Shown here in pieces: positions 1-7,582 of a DNA stretch of 52,414 bases. How positions within the stretch are numbered: position 1 is the stretch's first letter; the number at the start of each line of letters is the position of its first letter. Origin of the DNA: Bacteroidales bacterium (GTDB taxonomy: Bacteria > Bacteroidota > Bacteroidia > Bacteroidales > JAGONC01); contig JAGLWB010000066.1 of assembly GCA_023133655.1 (NCBI GenBank), positions 1-52,414 on the forward strand. Direction: 5' to 3'. Position numbers and translations under genes: made by a program. A model generated the notes under the pieces. That model had not been told where the DNA came from. It did no database searches and saw only the letters and a list, made by a program, of their open reading frames with translations.

Positions 1-633
1 ATGGCTACAAAACTTGAAGAATTAATTACAATTGATCAATCAAATCTGGAATCTCTTTTGGAATTAAAAAGTTCCTTTAAGTGGTTTTTAATCGAAAGGC
101 AGGAAAAGTTCTGGGAATTGCTTAAAACTAATTTCAGTGATAATTCAATGAAAGTGAGATTTTTTCATCAGCACACCATCATATCACAATGGAATAATAG
201 AATTATCAAAAATTACTATGACGGTGTAAGAAATAATAAGGGCTATGGGCTGGTTATTGATCTTTTTTCAATTGATGATTATTCACTAAAGCTGAAAGTT
301 GAATTGGGAGATTATTTACAATACGGCGTTATGGCTTATAAAGACAATATTATGAAATGGGAGCGAGCTTTAAAAAAATCCCCCCTACCGGAAAATATAG
401 ACCGGATTAAAAATAACTTACTTGATAAGTACAATTGGGAGTCGAGAGATATATCCTGGGGTTGGTTAGTCTGGAAAAAACGGGAGAAAACCATCAGTTT
501 TCGGGAAGACACAAAAAGCATGAAGTTCATTTCGGATTTTTATGAAAATGGAGAAAATTCTGAAGCATTTAAGTCTTTGGTTGAAGATATATCCGAGGAT
601 TACAAAGTTTTAATGGATCAACAATATAAATAA
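1..633 (+). CDS. hypothetical protein (Trp/Lys-rich, unassigned family); first gene of a two-gene module with the HNH protein
   Basis: ATG at nt 1 to TAA at 631-633. Only a 2-nt gap to the next ORF. No signal peptide and no motif I can assign. Upstream context is cut by the window edge. Confidence 0.5.
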   Translation: MATKLEELITIDQSNLESLLELKSSFKWFLIERQEKFWELLKTNFSDNSMKVRFFHQHTIISQWNNRIIKNYYDGVRNNKGYGLVIDLFSIDDYSLKLKVELGDYLQYGVMAYKDNIMKWERALKKSPLPENIDRIKNNLLDKYNWESRDISWGWLVWKKREKTISFREDTKSMKFISDFYENGENSEAFKSLVEDISEDYKVLMDQQYK

Positions 634-635
634 AC

Positions 636-1286
636 ATGAACAATAGTAATATTAAAGCAAAATACCAGTCAAAAGCCAGACAGAGCTTTGAATCCAAATT
701 TAAATTATATCTATTTGACAAATACTTGCAGGATGATGTAAAAAGTATTTCCCTGGAAGATTTTGGAAAATTTGTTATTTCTAAAGACCTCGTTACCGTT
801 TACACTACAAAATATTGGAATTGGGACACAACTGTCCCTTTCAGTAAGATTCCAAACAAAACTGATTACATTGTTAAGACTATGCTTACAATTGATGATC
901 TCTATGAAAACATGAAAATCTGGAGAGATAATAATTTAGGTATTATTAAAACTTTGCAAAAGGATTACATCTCAAATTTTGAAACAGTCTTCCCATTTAT
1001 TGATTTCACCAAATTATTAGAATCAGATCATTGTTATTATTGCGGCATCACGATTGAAAAGATAAACGAACTTATAGACAAGGAGCAAATATTCAAGAAG
1101 AAACCAACCCGGGGTTTTACTTTTGAGATTGACAGAAAATGGCCTAATGAAGAATATACCAGGGAGAATTCTGTAATGTGTTGTTATTGGTGTAATAATG
1201 CCAAAACAGATGAATTCACAGAAAAAGAATTTTTTAAGATTGGAGATGTCCTCAAGGAAATTTGGAACGAACGTCTTATAAAATGA
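636..1286 (+). CDS. HNH (His-Me finger) endonuclease-like protein with an unassigned N-terminal domain
   Basis: The Cys pair HCYYCG (aa ~132-137) and the C-terminal CCYWCNNAKTDEF flank FEIDRKWPNEEY. This is the CxxC...D/H...N...CxxC-N zinc-knuckle pattern of HNH nucleases. Tightly coupled to the upstream ORF. Confidence 0.65.
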   Translation: MNNSNIKAKYQSKARQSFESKFKLYLFDKYLQDDVKSISLEDFGKFVISKDLVTVYTTKYWNWDTTVPFSKIPNKTDYIVKTMLTIDDLYENMKIWRDNNLGIIKTLQKDYISNFETVFPFIDFTKLLESDHCYYCGITIEKINELIDKEQIFKKKPTRGFTFEIDRKWPNEEYTRENSVMCCYWCNNAKTDEFTEKEFFKIGDVLKEIWNERLIK

Positions 1287-1289
1287 ACG

Positions 1290-1335
1290 TTGTCAATTCG
1301 AAATTTTTAAAAACTTCCCGGATATCGGAGTAGTG
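1290..1335 (-). pseudogene. relic of a dihydropyrimidinase/hydantoinase 3' end; direct-repeat partner of 6181-6227
   Basis: ttgtcaattcgaaatttttaaaaacttcccggatatcggagtagtg aligns with 6181-6227 (ttgacaattaacaagttttcaaaaatttcccggttatcggagtagtg), with about 7 mismatches and 1 gap by eye. The minus-strand reading gives ..STTPISGKFLKISN*, against the hyuA C-terminus ..TTPITGKFLKTC*. Confidence 0.55.
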
Positions 1336-1388
1336 CTCCCGTTTTTCGCAATGGAACACTCAAGTCGCCAGCAAAACTTCCTCATTTC

Positions 1389-1464
1389 TTATTTATTATT
1401 GGTTATTTCTCATTAATATTCCTGATTAAATATTCCTCATTTATCATTTCGGATAAATCAATGA
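1389..1464. repeat. AT-rich dispersed repeat (ttatttattattggttattt-tcatt ... attcctcatt ... tcggataaatcaatga)
   Basis: The first part recurs at 27690-27717, and inverted at 28677-28704. The last 16 bp (1449-1464) are a perfect inverted repeat of 3917-3932. Confidence 0.6.
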
Positions 1465-1649
1465 CATTTTTACAAACGAAGCAATAACCGCACAATCTGC
1501 CACCTCTTGCCAATGTCGTTTTAATTAGATAAGCCAACATGATTATTGCGATTATTATTATATGGATTGGAAATGTTAATAAATTTTACGAAATTTGATT
1601 GCACTTTATGCCCTCAATACTGAATTTCATATTTAATAGTAAAAATAAA

Positions 1650-3665
1650 ATGAAAACATTAAATATCATTTTCCTCGCAATAATACTTCAAAGCCTGACT
1701 TTAAAAACAGCTTTTGCAGAGATTATTAAAGTACCTGAACAATTTTCGGAAATTCAGGATGCAATTGACTACGCATCGAATGGGGACACGGTACTTGTTT
1801 ATCCCGGGATTTATCAAGAACAAATAGTATTTGGAGGGAAAAAAATTTTAGTTGGAAGTTTATTTGTTTTAACAAATAATCCGGCTTACAAGGATTCTAC
1901 TGTTATTACATACTCAGGAGGTGGCTATGCTGTCTATTTTGGATCGTCGGATACATATCTCTCAAGATTAGTTGGGTTCACATTAACTGAAAGCAGTTTT
2001 ACGAGTATCATCCATTGTGGCCATTCATCTCCTTCTATCGAAAATAATATTATCGATGGAGGTTATCAATATGGTATAAGGTGCGATAATAATTCAGCTC
2101 CATTTATAAAACAAAATACTTTTTTAAACCCTGGAATTTCATCTATACGTATCATAAACAGTGAACCAATTATTACTGGTAATATATTTATTGGTACAGG
2201 AAGTGCTGGTCTGGATAATCAGGGAATAGAATATTATTCCACAGAAAAGGTTATTGTTTACAATAATACTTTTTCCAATTATTATTATGGTATAAACATC
2301 CACAGCTTTGGACGTAATATTTGGGATATTACCGGCAATTTGATAGAAAACTGTTTTATGGGAATTGTAGTTTTTGATGATGATCTGCGCTTGATTAATA
2401 ACACGTTTGTTAATAATCAAACCGGCTTTATAAGCCAATTTGGGAATGTTGAGGTTTATAATTGTATTTTTTGGGGAAATTCAGTAAATTTTTATAATTT
2501 ATCAAATTTTTTTATAAAGCATTGTTGTATTGAAAACGGTTTGCCCCTCAATGTAATTGATCTTGGCGGTAATATTTTTAGTGATCCTGAATTTACCGAT
2601 CCTGAAAATCATGATTATACAATAGCTTGTTATAGCCCTTGCGTGGAGTCGGGCACTGCGGATACTACCGGATTAAATCTCCCGCGTTATGATTATTTTT
2701 TTAACAACAGGGTTCAGGATGGAAACGGCGATAGTGTTGCTGTAATTGATATTGGGTTTTATGAAAGTTTTAAGATTGAAGACCCCGGATATGTGGAAGG
2801 AACAGTTACGTTAACAGGTGGAAACGGATATGTGGAAGATGTACTTGTTGGTATTGGTGCAACTGTTCATCCCGATTCAAGCGGCCACTATTTAATTACA
2901 ATCTGTCCGCAAGGCAGTCCTTATAATGTAACTGCAAAATTAGAAGGGTATTTACCACAAACGATAGAAAATGTTGTGGTTAATGCCGGTCAAACAACTT
3001 CGGATATTGATTTTGAGCTACAAGAATACCAACCTGTTGAAGTAATTGAAGTATCACCCGATACCATTCTTTTTTTAGATGATTACTCAGTTTGGGTTGG
3101 AGTTCCGGTAACCGTGAAAAATATTTCTTTAATTAATGTAAATATTAATGATATATTTTTTGGTTGTTATAATTGGGCGTTTTATACCGAACCATATAAT
3201 ATTGAACCAACCATATTATCACCAAACGATTCATTATGTTTCTATGTTTTACCTGATATGATCACCAATCCCGATAAGGTTAACATAGTTGAAGATAGTT
3301 TGTTTATCAATACGGATTATGGTTTATTTTCGATCCTGATTTTACTCGATCTTGATTTGGTAAACATTGACGAGAAGAAAAACGAATTAATGCCTTCTTT
3401 AGAAATCTTCCCGAATCCTGTTATAGAAAATACTACTATTAAAATTAGCCTTGTTGACGATCAAAATATTATACTGAATCTTTTTGATAATTCAGGCAAT
3501 TTAATTCAAACTGTTTATAAAGGAAGTATGAAAAAAGGGGGAAATATGATAAGTTTGAAAACAATCAATTATAAAGGTGATAAATTTCCTCCGGGAATGT
3601 ATTTCTTACAAGCGCAAATAGGAAATAATAAAATAATAACTAAAAAGATTATTTTGTCTAATTAG
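1650..3665 (+). CDS. secreted right-handed beta-helix (pectin-lyase fold) protein with a CarboxypepD_reg-like domain and a T9SS C-terminal sorting domain (paralog 1)
   Basis: Signal peptide MKTLNIIFLAIILQSLTLKTAFA. N-cap-like DAIDYASNGDTVLVYPGIY, followed by repeated beta-helix turns. GTVTLTGGNG..V..V...PDSSGHYLI...G.YNVTAKLEGY. C-terminal LEIFPNPV...GMYFLQAQ..KKIILSN. Start moved from the track's TTG 1599 to ATG 1650, where the signal peptide and the alignment with paralog 2 both begin. Confidence 0.85.
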   Translation: MKTLNIIFLAIILQSLTLKTAFAEIIKVPEQFSEIQDAIDYASNGDTVLVYPGIYQEQIVFGGKKILVGSLFVLTNNPAYKDSTVITYSGGGYAVYFGSSDTYLSRLVGFTLTESSFTSIIHCGHSSPSIENNIIDGGYQYGIRCDNNSAPFIKQNTFLNPGISSIRIINSEPIITGNIFIGTGSAGLDNQGIEYYSTEKVIVYNNTFSNYYYGINIHSFGRNIWDITGNLIENCFMGIVVFDDDLRLINNTFVNNQTGFISQFGNVEVYNCIFWGNSVNFYNLSNFFIKHCCIENGLPLNVIDLGGNIFSDPEFTDPENHDYTIACYSPCVESGTADTTGLNLPRYDYFFNNRVQDGNGDSVAVIDIGFYESFKIEDPGYVEGTVTLTGGNGYVEDVLVGIGATVHPDSSGHYLITICPQGSPYNVTAKLEGYLPQTIENVVVNAGQTTSDIDFELQEYQPVEVIEVSPDTILFLDDYSVWVGVPVTVKNISLINVNINDIFFGCYNWAFYTEPYNIEPTILSPNDSLCFYVLPDMITNPDKVNIVEDSLFINTDYGLFSILILLDLDLVNIDEKKNELMPSLEIFPNPVIENTTIKISLVDDQNIILNLFDNSGNLIQTVYKGSMKKGGNMISLKTINYKGDKFPPGMYFLQAQIGNNKIITKKIILSN

Positions 3666-3676
3666 GAGAATCCAGT

Positions 3677-3909
3677 GAGGCACGCGTTGCAAACGCGCGC
3701 CATAATCCCCACCTTGAATTTTGAAAAGTGCTACGTGTGAAGTTCAGGGAGATCCTGGATCAAGTCCAGAATGACGTTGTTTATGTTTTTTTTTAGAAGA
3801 GGGAGGAGGTTTTTGCAAAGCAAAAACCTCCTCCCTCTTCCCACGTTGACACGTCATCCCAGACTTGATCTGGGATCTGACAATGAGACACGGGTTGCAA
3901 ACGTACGCC
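3677..3909. repeat. mosaic of REP-like hairpins forming a nested palindrome between the two paralogs
   Basis: gttgcaaac-loop hairpins at 3677-3701 and 3885-3909, in direct orientation. Inverted pair 3751-3777 and 3851-3877, each arm itself a small hairpin. Central perfect 21-bp stem with a 3-nt loop at 3796-3840 (gaagagggaggaggtttttgc aaa gcaaaaacctcctccctcttc). Confidence 0.8.
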
Positions 3910-3916
3910 AGCTGAA

Positions 3917-3975
3917 TCATTGATTTATCCGAAACGGTTAATCAGGAATAGTAATGAGGAATCAGATATTAGTAT
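3917..3975. repeat. inverted copy of the AT-rich repeat at 1419-1464
   Basis: tcattgatttatccga (3917-3932) is the exact reverse complement of 1449-1464. The following ..taatcaggaatagtaatgaggaat mirrors attcctgattaa..attcctcatt on the left side. Confidence 0.6.
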
Positions 3976-4055
3976 TACCTTTATATTATTGTAATCTTGT
4001 TAGAGATTCTAACAGAAACGAAAAACAGGATCTCATATTTTATAGTAAAAACAAA

Positions 4056-6077
4056 ATGAAAATATTAAATATTATTTTCCTTGCAATAATACTTCAAAGC
4101 CTGACTTTAAAAACAGCTTTTACAGAGATTATTAAAGTGCCGGAACAATTTTCGGAAATTCAGGATGCAATTGACTATGCATCGGATGGGGACACGGTAC
4201 TTGTTTATCCCGGGATTTATCAAGAGTGGATAGTGTTTTCAGGAAAAGAAATTTTAGTTGGAAGTTTGTTTATTTTAACAAATGATCCGGCTTATATGGA
4301 TTCTACTGTTATTACATACTATGGAAGTGGCTATGTTGTTTATTTTACCGGGTCGGAAACGTATCGCTCAAGATTAGTTGGGTTCAAATTATATGCATAC
4401 AGTTTATCGAATGTTATCTATTGCAGTCAATCTTCTCCAACTATCGAAAATAATATTATCTATAAAGGTCGTAAATGGGGCATCCGGTGCGAAAACAATT
4501 CAGCCCCAATAATAAGACAAAATATCTTTGATAGAACAACGCCTTCTGGATCCCCTGGATTTTCATCTATTCGTATCATGGATAATTGTGAACCGATTAT
4601 TTGCGAGAATATTTTTTACGGACCGGGAATGATACAAATGGGTTATCGTGCAATTGAATACTTAACTTTAGAAAAGGCAATTGTTTACAATAATTATATT
4701 TCAGATTTTTACAAGGGAATATCGGGTGGTAGTACAGGAGAAATTACGGGTAATTTGATAGAAAATTGCTTTAGAGCCATTTCGGGTAACAGTGAGTTTA
4801 TACGGCTTATCAATAATACTATTGTTAATAATTATTATGGTTGTTACAGCCAGTATGGAAATCCTAAGATTTATAATTGCATATTCTGGGGAAATTCAGA
4901 AGACTTTTTACCTACATCAATTTGTTCTCTTAGTCATTGTTGTATTGAAAACGGTTTACCACCTTATGCAACGGATCTTGGCGGTAATATTTTTACTGAT
5001 CCTGAATTTACCGATCCTGAAAATCATGATTATACAATAGCTTGTTATAGCCCTTGCGTGGAGTCGGGTACTGCGGATACTTCCGGGTTAAACCTCCCGT
5101 TTTATGATTATTTCTTTAACAACAGAATTCAGGATGGAAACGGTGATGGTGTTGCTGTAATTGATATGGGGTTTTATGAAAGTTACGAGATTGAAGACCC
5201 CGGCTATATAGAAGGAACAGTTACTTTATCAGGTGGAAACGGAAACGTGGAAGATGTGCTTGTTGGTATTGGTGCAACTGTTTACCCCGATCCAAGTGGT
5301 TACTATATAATTACAATCTGTCCGCAAGGCAGTCCTTATAATGTAACTGCAAAATTAGAAGGGTATTTACCACAAACGATAGAAAATGTTGTGGTTAATG
5401 CCGGTCAAACAACCTCAAATATTGATTTTGAGTTACAAGAATACCAACTTATTGAAATTATTGATATATCACCCGACACAATTCTTTTTTTGGATGGATA
5501 CTCAATAGGTGGTGTTCCGGTAACTGTAAAAAATATTTCTTTACTTGATGTAAGCATTAATAATATTTTTTTGGGGAATTATGATTGGTATTTTTATACC
5601 GAGCCAGATAATATACAACCAACCTTATTATCACCAAACGATTCATTATGTTTCAATGTTTTACCTGCTATTCCAGTATTTCCCGATGTATCTAACATAA
5701 TTGAAGACAGTTTGTTTATCAATACGGATTATGGTTTATTTTCGATCCTGATTTTACTCGATCTTGATTTGGTAAACATTGACGAGAAGAAAAACGAATT
5801 AATGCCTTCTTTAGAAATCTTCCCAAATCCTGTTATAGAAAACACTACTATTAAAGTTAGCCTTGTTGACGATCAAAATGTAATACTGAATCTTTTTGAT
5901 AATTCAGGCAATCTAATTCAAACTGTTTATAAAGGAAGTATGAAAAAAGGGGGAAATATGATAAGTTTGAAAACAATCAATTATAAAGGTGATAAATTTC
6001 CTCCGGGAATGTATTTCTTACAAGCGCAAATAGGAAATAATAAAATAATAACTAAAAAAATTATTTTGTCTAATTAG
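4056..6077 (+). CDS. secreted beta-helix / CarboxypepD_reg-like / T9SS C-terminal domain protein (paralog 2)
   Basis: Same architecture as 1650-3665. The last ~365 nt differ from paralog 1 at only a handful of positions. Start moved from the track's 3954 to ATG 4056 (MKILNIIFLAIILQSL...). Confidence 0.85.
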   Translation: MKILNIIFLAIILQSLTLKTAFTEIIKVPEQFSEIQDAIDYASDGDTVLVYPGIYQEWIVFSGKEILVGSLFILTNDPAYMDSTVITYYGSGYVVYFTGSETYRSRLVGFKLYAYSLSNVIYCSQSSPTIENNIIYKGRKWGIRCENNSAPIIRQNIFDRTTPSGSPGFSSIRIMDNCEPIICENIFYGPGMIQMGYRAIEYLTLEKAIVYNNYISDFYKGISGGSTGEITGNLIENCFRAISGNSEFIRLINNTIVNNYYGCYSQYGNPKIYNCIFWGNSEDFLPTSICSLSHCCIENGLPPYATDLGGNIFTDPEFTDPENHDYTIACYSPCVESGTADTSGLNLPFYDYFFNNRIQDGNGDGVAVIDMGFYESYEIEDPGYIEGTVTLSGGNGNVEDVLVGIGATVYPDPSGYYIITICPQGSPYNVTAKLEGYLPQTIENVVVNAGQTTSNIDFELQEYQLIEIIDISPDTILFLDGYSIGGVPVTVKNISLLDVSINNIFLGNYDWYFYTEPDNIQPTLLSPNDSLCFNVLPAIPVFPDVSNIIEDSLFINTDYGLFSILILLDLDLVNIDEKKNELMPSLEIFPNPVIENTTIKVSLVDDQNVILNLFDNSGNLIQTVYKGSMKKGGNMISLKTINYKGDKFPPGMYFLQAQIGNNKIITKKIILSN

Positions 6078-6147
6078 CCTGAATTTTGGAGAGGGCTGCG
6101 TAGCTTGCTTTTTAATCCCAGCCTTGAAAGGCGGGGCTATTGATAGC
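6078..6147. repeat. REP-like intergenic element (gaattttgga..., ...ccttgaaaggcggggctattga)
   Basis: Start and end motifs are shared with 24910-24978. The start motif is also at 3708-3730, and the ggctattga end motif at 49312-49328. Lies between convergent genes. Confidence 0.55.
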
Positions 6148-6187
6148 TATTTACATAAAGTTTATGAATTAAAAAGAAGCTTGACAA

Positions 6188-7558
6188 TTAACAAGTTTTC
6201 AAAAATTTCCCGGTTATCGGAGTAGTGATTAGTTTTCCTTCTTCTAGTGCAATCATCCCATTTACCATAACATATTCAGGCGCGCCAGTTGTTTTGAAGC
6301 CTTCATAAATGTTTGTATCACAATTTTGATGATGGCTTTTTGCTGAAATAGTATTTTCTTTTTCCGGATTCCATATGACCAGATCGGCATCACTGCCAAT
6401 GGCAATTTCTCCTTTTGAAGGATATAAGCCAAAGATCTTTGCGGGTTTTGTGGAAATGATATCAACAAAACGGTTGATGGATATCCTGTTTTTCAATACC
6501 CCATAAGAGTAAAGCAACGCAAGACGATGCTCAATGCCTCCTGCCCCGTTAGGGATTTTCCTGAAATCACCTGTTCCGGCCATTTTTTGTTCAAGCATAA
6601 AAGGGCAGTGATCTGTACCAATAGTTTGAATGGTTCCATCGATAATACCATCCCAAAGAGCTTCATTGTCATCTGACTTTCTCAAAGGAGGGCTCATAAC
6701 ATAAGGTGATGCTTGCCTGAAGCTTCCTTCATACATTGAATCGTTAAGCAGGAGGTACTGCGGACAGGTTTCCGCATACACCTTTTGCCCTCTCTTTTGA
6801 GCCTCACTGATGTGCAACAGGGATTCTTTTGTTGAGACATGAACAACGTAAAGCGGACAGTTGGTGGCTTTTGCAAGTTTAATTGCTTTTTTAACTGCCT
6901 CAGATTCCAGGTTGGGTGGGCGTGATAAAGGATGGTACTTGGGTTCAATTTTATTTTCCCCGGCAAAGGAGTCTCTTATTTTTTCTATTTCGTCCCCTAA
7001 TTCGCAATGGGCCATTACAATTCCACCGGCTTTACCTACTGCAGTCATTACTTTAAACAAATTTTCATCATTTAAACCGATGGTCTCTTTATAGGCCATA
7101 TATACTTTAAACGACCCAATTCCTTCTTCTACAACACACGATTTAATTTCTTCGGCCATTGTATCCCGCCATTCAACAGGGCTGACATGAAAAGAGTAAT
7201 CCACCAGGCTTAAAAGGGCCTCTCTTTTTCTTTGTTCAAGCGCTTCCCTTAACGGTTGACCTTTTCGGGGAGTGACGAAGTCAAGTAACGTGGTTGTTCC
7301 GCCATAAAGGGCAGCCCGGCTTCCCGAAAAAAAATCGTCTGATGAATATCCGGCCGGAGTAGGCAGATGCATATGGACATGTGGATCTATCCCGCCGGGA
7401 AAGATGTAATAGCCATCAGCATTTATTATCTTATCAGCTGATTTGTTTGTGATGAGACCCTTCTCTATTTGATCTATTTTCCCATTTTTAACAAAAATAT
7501 CAGCCTTGATGCTTTTTGTGGATGTTACAATTGTCCCGTTTTTTATGAGGATATTCAT
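6188..7558 (-). CDS. hyuA: dihydropyrimidinase / D-hydantoinase family cyclic amidohydrolase
   Basis: PGGIDPHVHMHLP metal-binding motif. SFKVYMAYKE (carboxylated-Lys region). 456 aa. Neighbours ssnA, xdhD-like and ygfK, as in the E. coli ygeZ(hyuA) region. Confidence 0.85.
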   Translation of the reverse strand: MNILIKNGTIVTSTKSIKADIFVKNGKIDQIEKGLITNKSADKIINADGYYIFPGGIDPHVHMHLPTPAGYSSDDFFSGSRAALYGGTTTLLDFVTPRKGQPLREALEQRKREALLSLVDYSFHVSPVEWRDTMAEEIKSCVVEEGIGSFKVYMAYKETIGLNDENLFKVMTAVGKAGGIVMAHCELGDEIEKIRDSFAGENKIEPKYHPLSRPPNLESEAVKKAIKLAKATNCPLYVVHVSTKESLLHISEAQKRGQKVYAETCPQYLLLNDSMYEGSFRQASPYVMSPPLRKSDDNEALWDGIIDGTIQTIGTDHCPFMLEQKMAGTGDFRKIPNGAGGIEHRLALLYSYGVLKNRISINRFVDIISTKPAKIFGLYPSKGEIAIGSDADLVIWNPEKENTISAKSHHQNCDTNIYEGFKTTGAPEYVMVNGMIALEEGKLITTPITGKFLKTC

Positions 7559-7582
7559 TGTAAAAATTAATATTTTGATTCC

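Noticed and set aside
1599-1649. N-terminal extensions of the two T9SS paralogs from the track (TTG 1599; ATG 3954 for the second)
   Set aside because: The extensions are not conserved between the paralogs and precede the obvious signal peptides. The ATGs at 1650 and 4056 are preferred.
3796-3840. The perfect 21-bp hairpin as the intrinsic terminator of T9SS paralog 1
   Set aside because: No U-tract follows the stem on the + strand (cccacg follows). On the - strand the stem is followed by an A-tract. It does not fit the canonical terminator pattern, so it is reported as a repeat or structure instead.
1290-6227. An active integrative element or genomic island
   Set aside because: There are no integrase, excisionase, transposase or conjugation genes between the direct repeats. 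Only a relic or recombination-scar interpretation is supportable.
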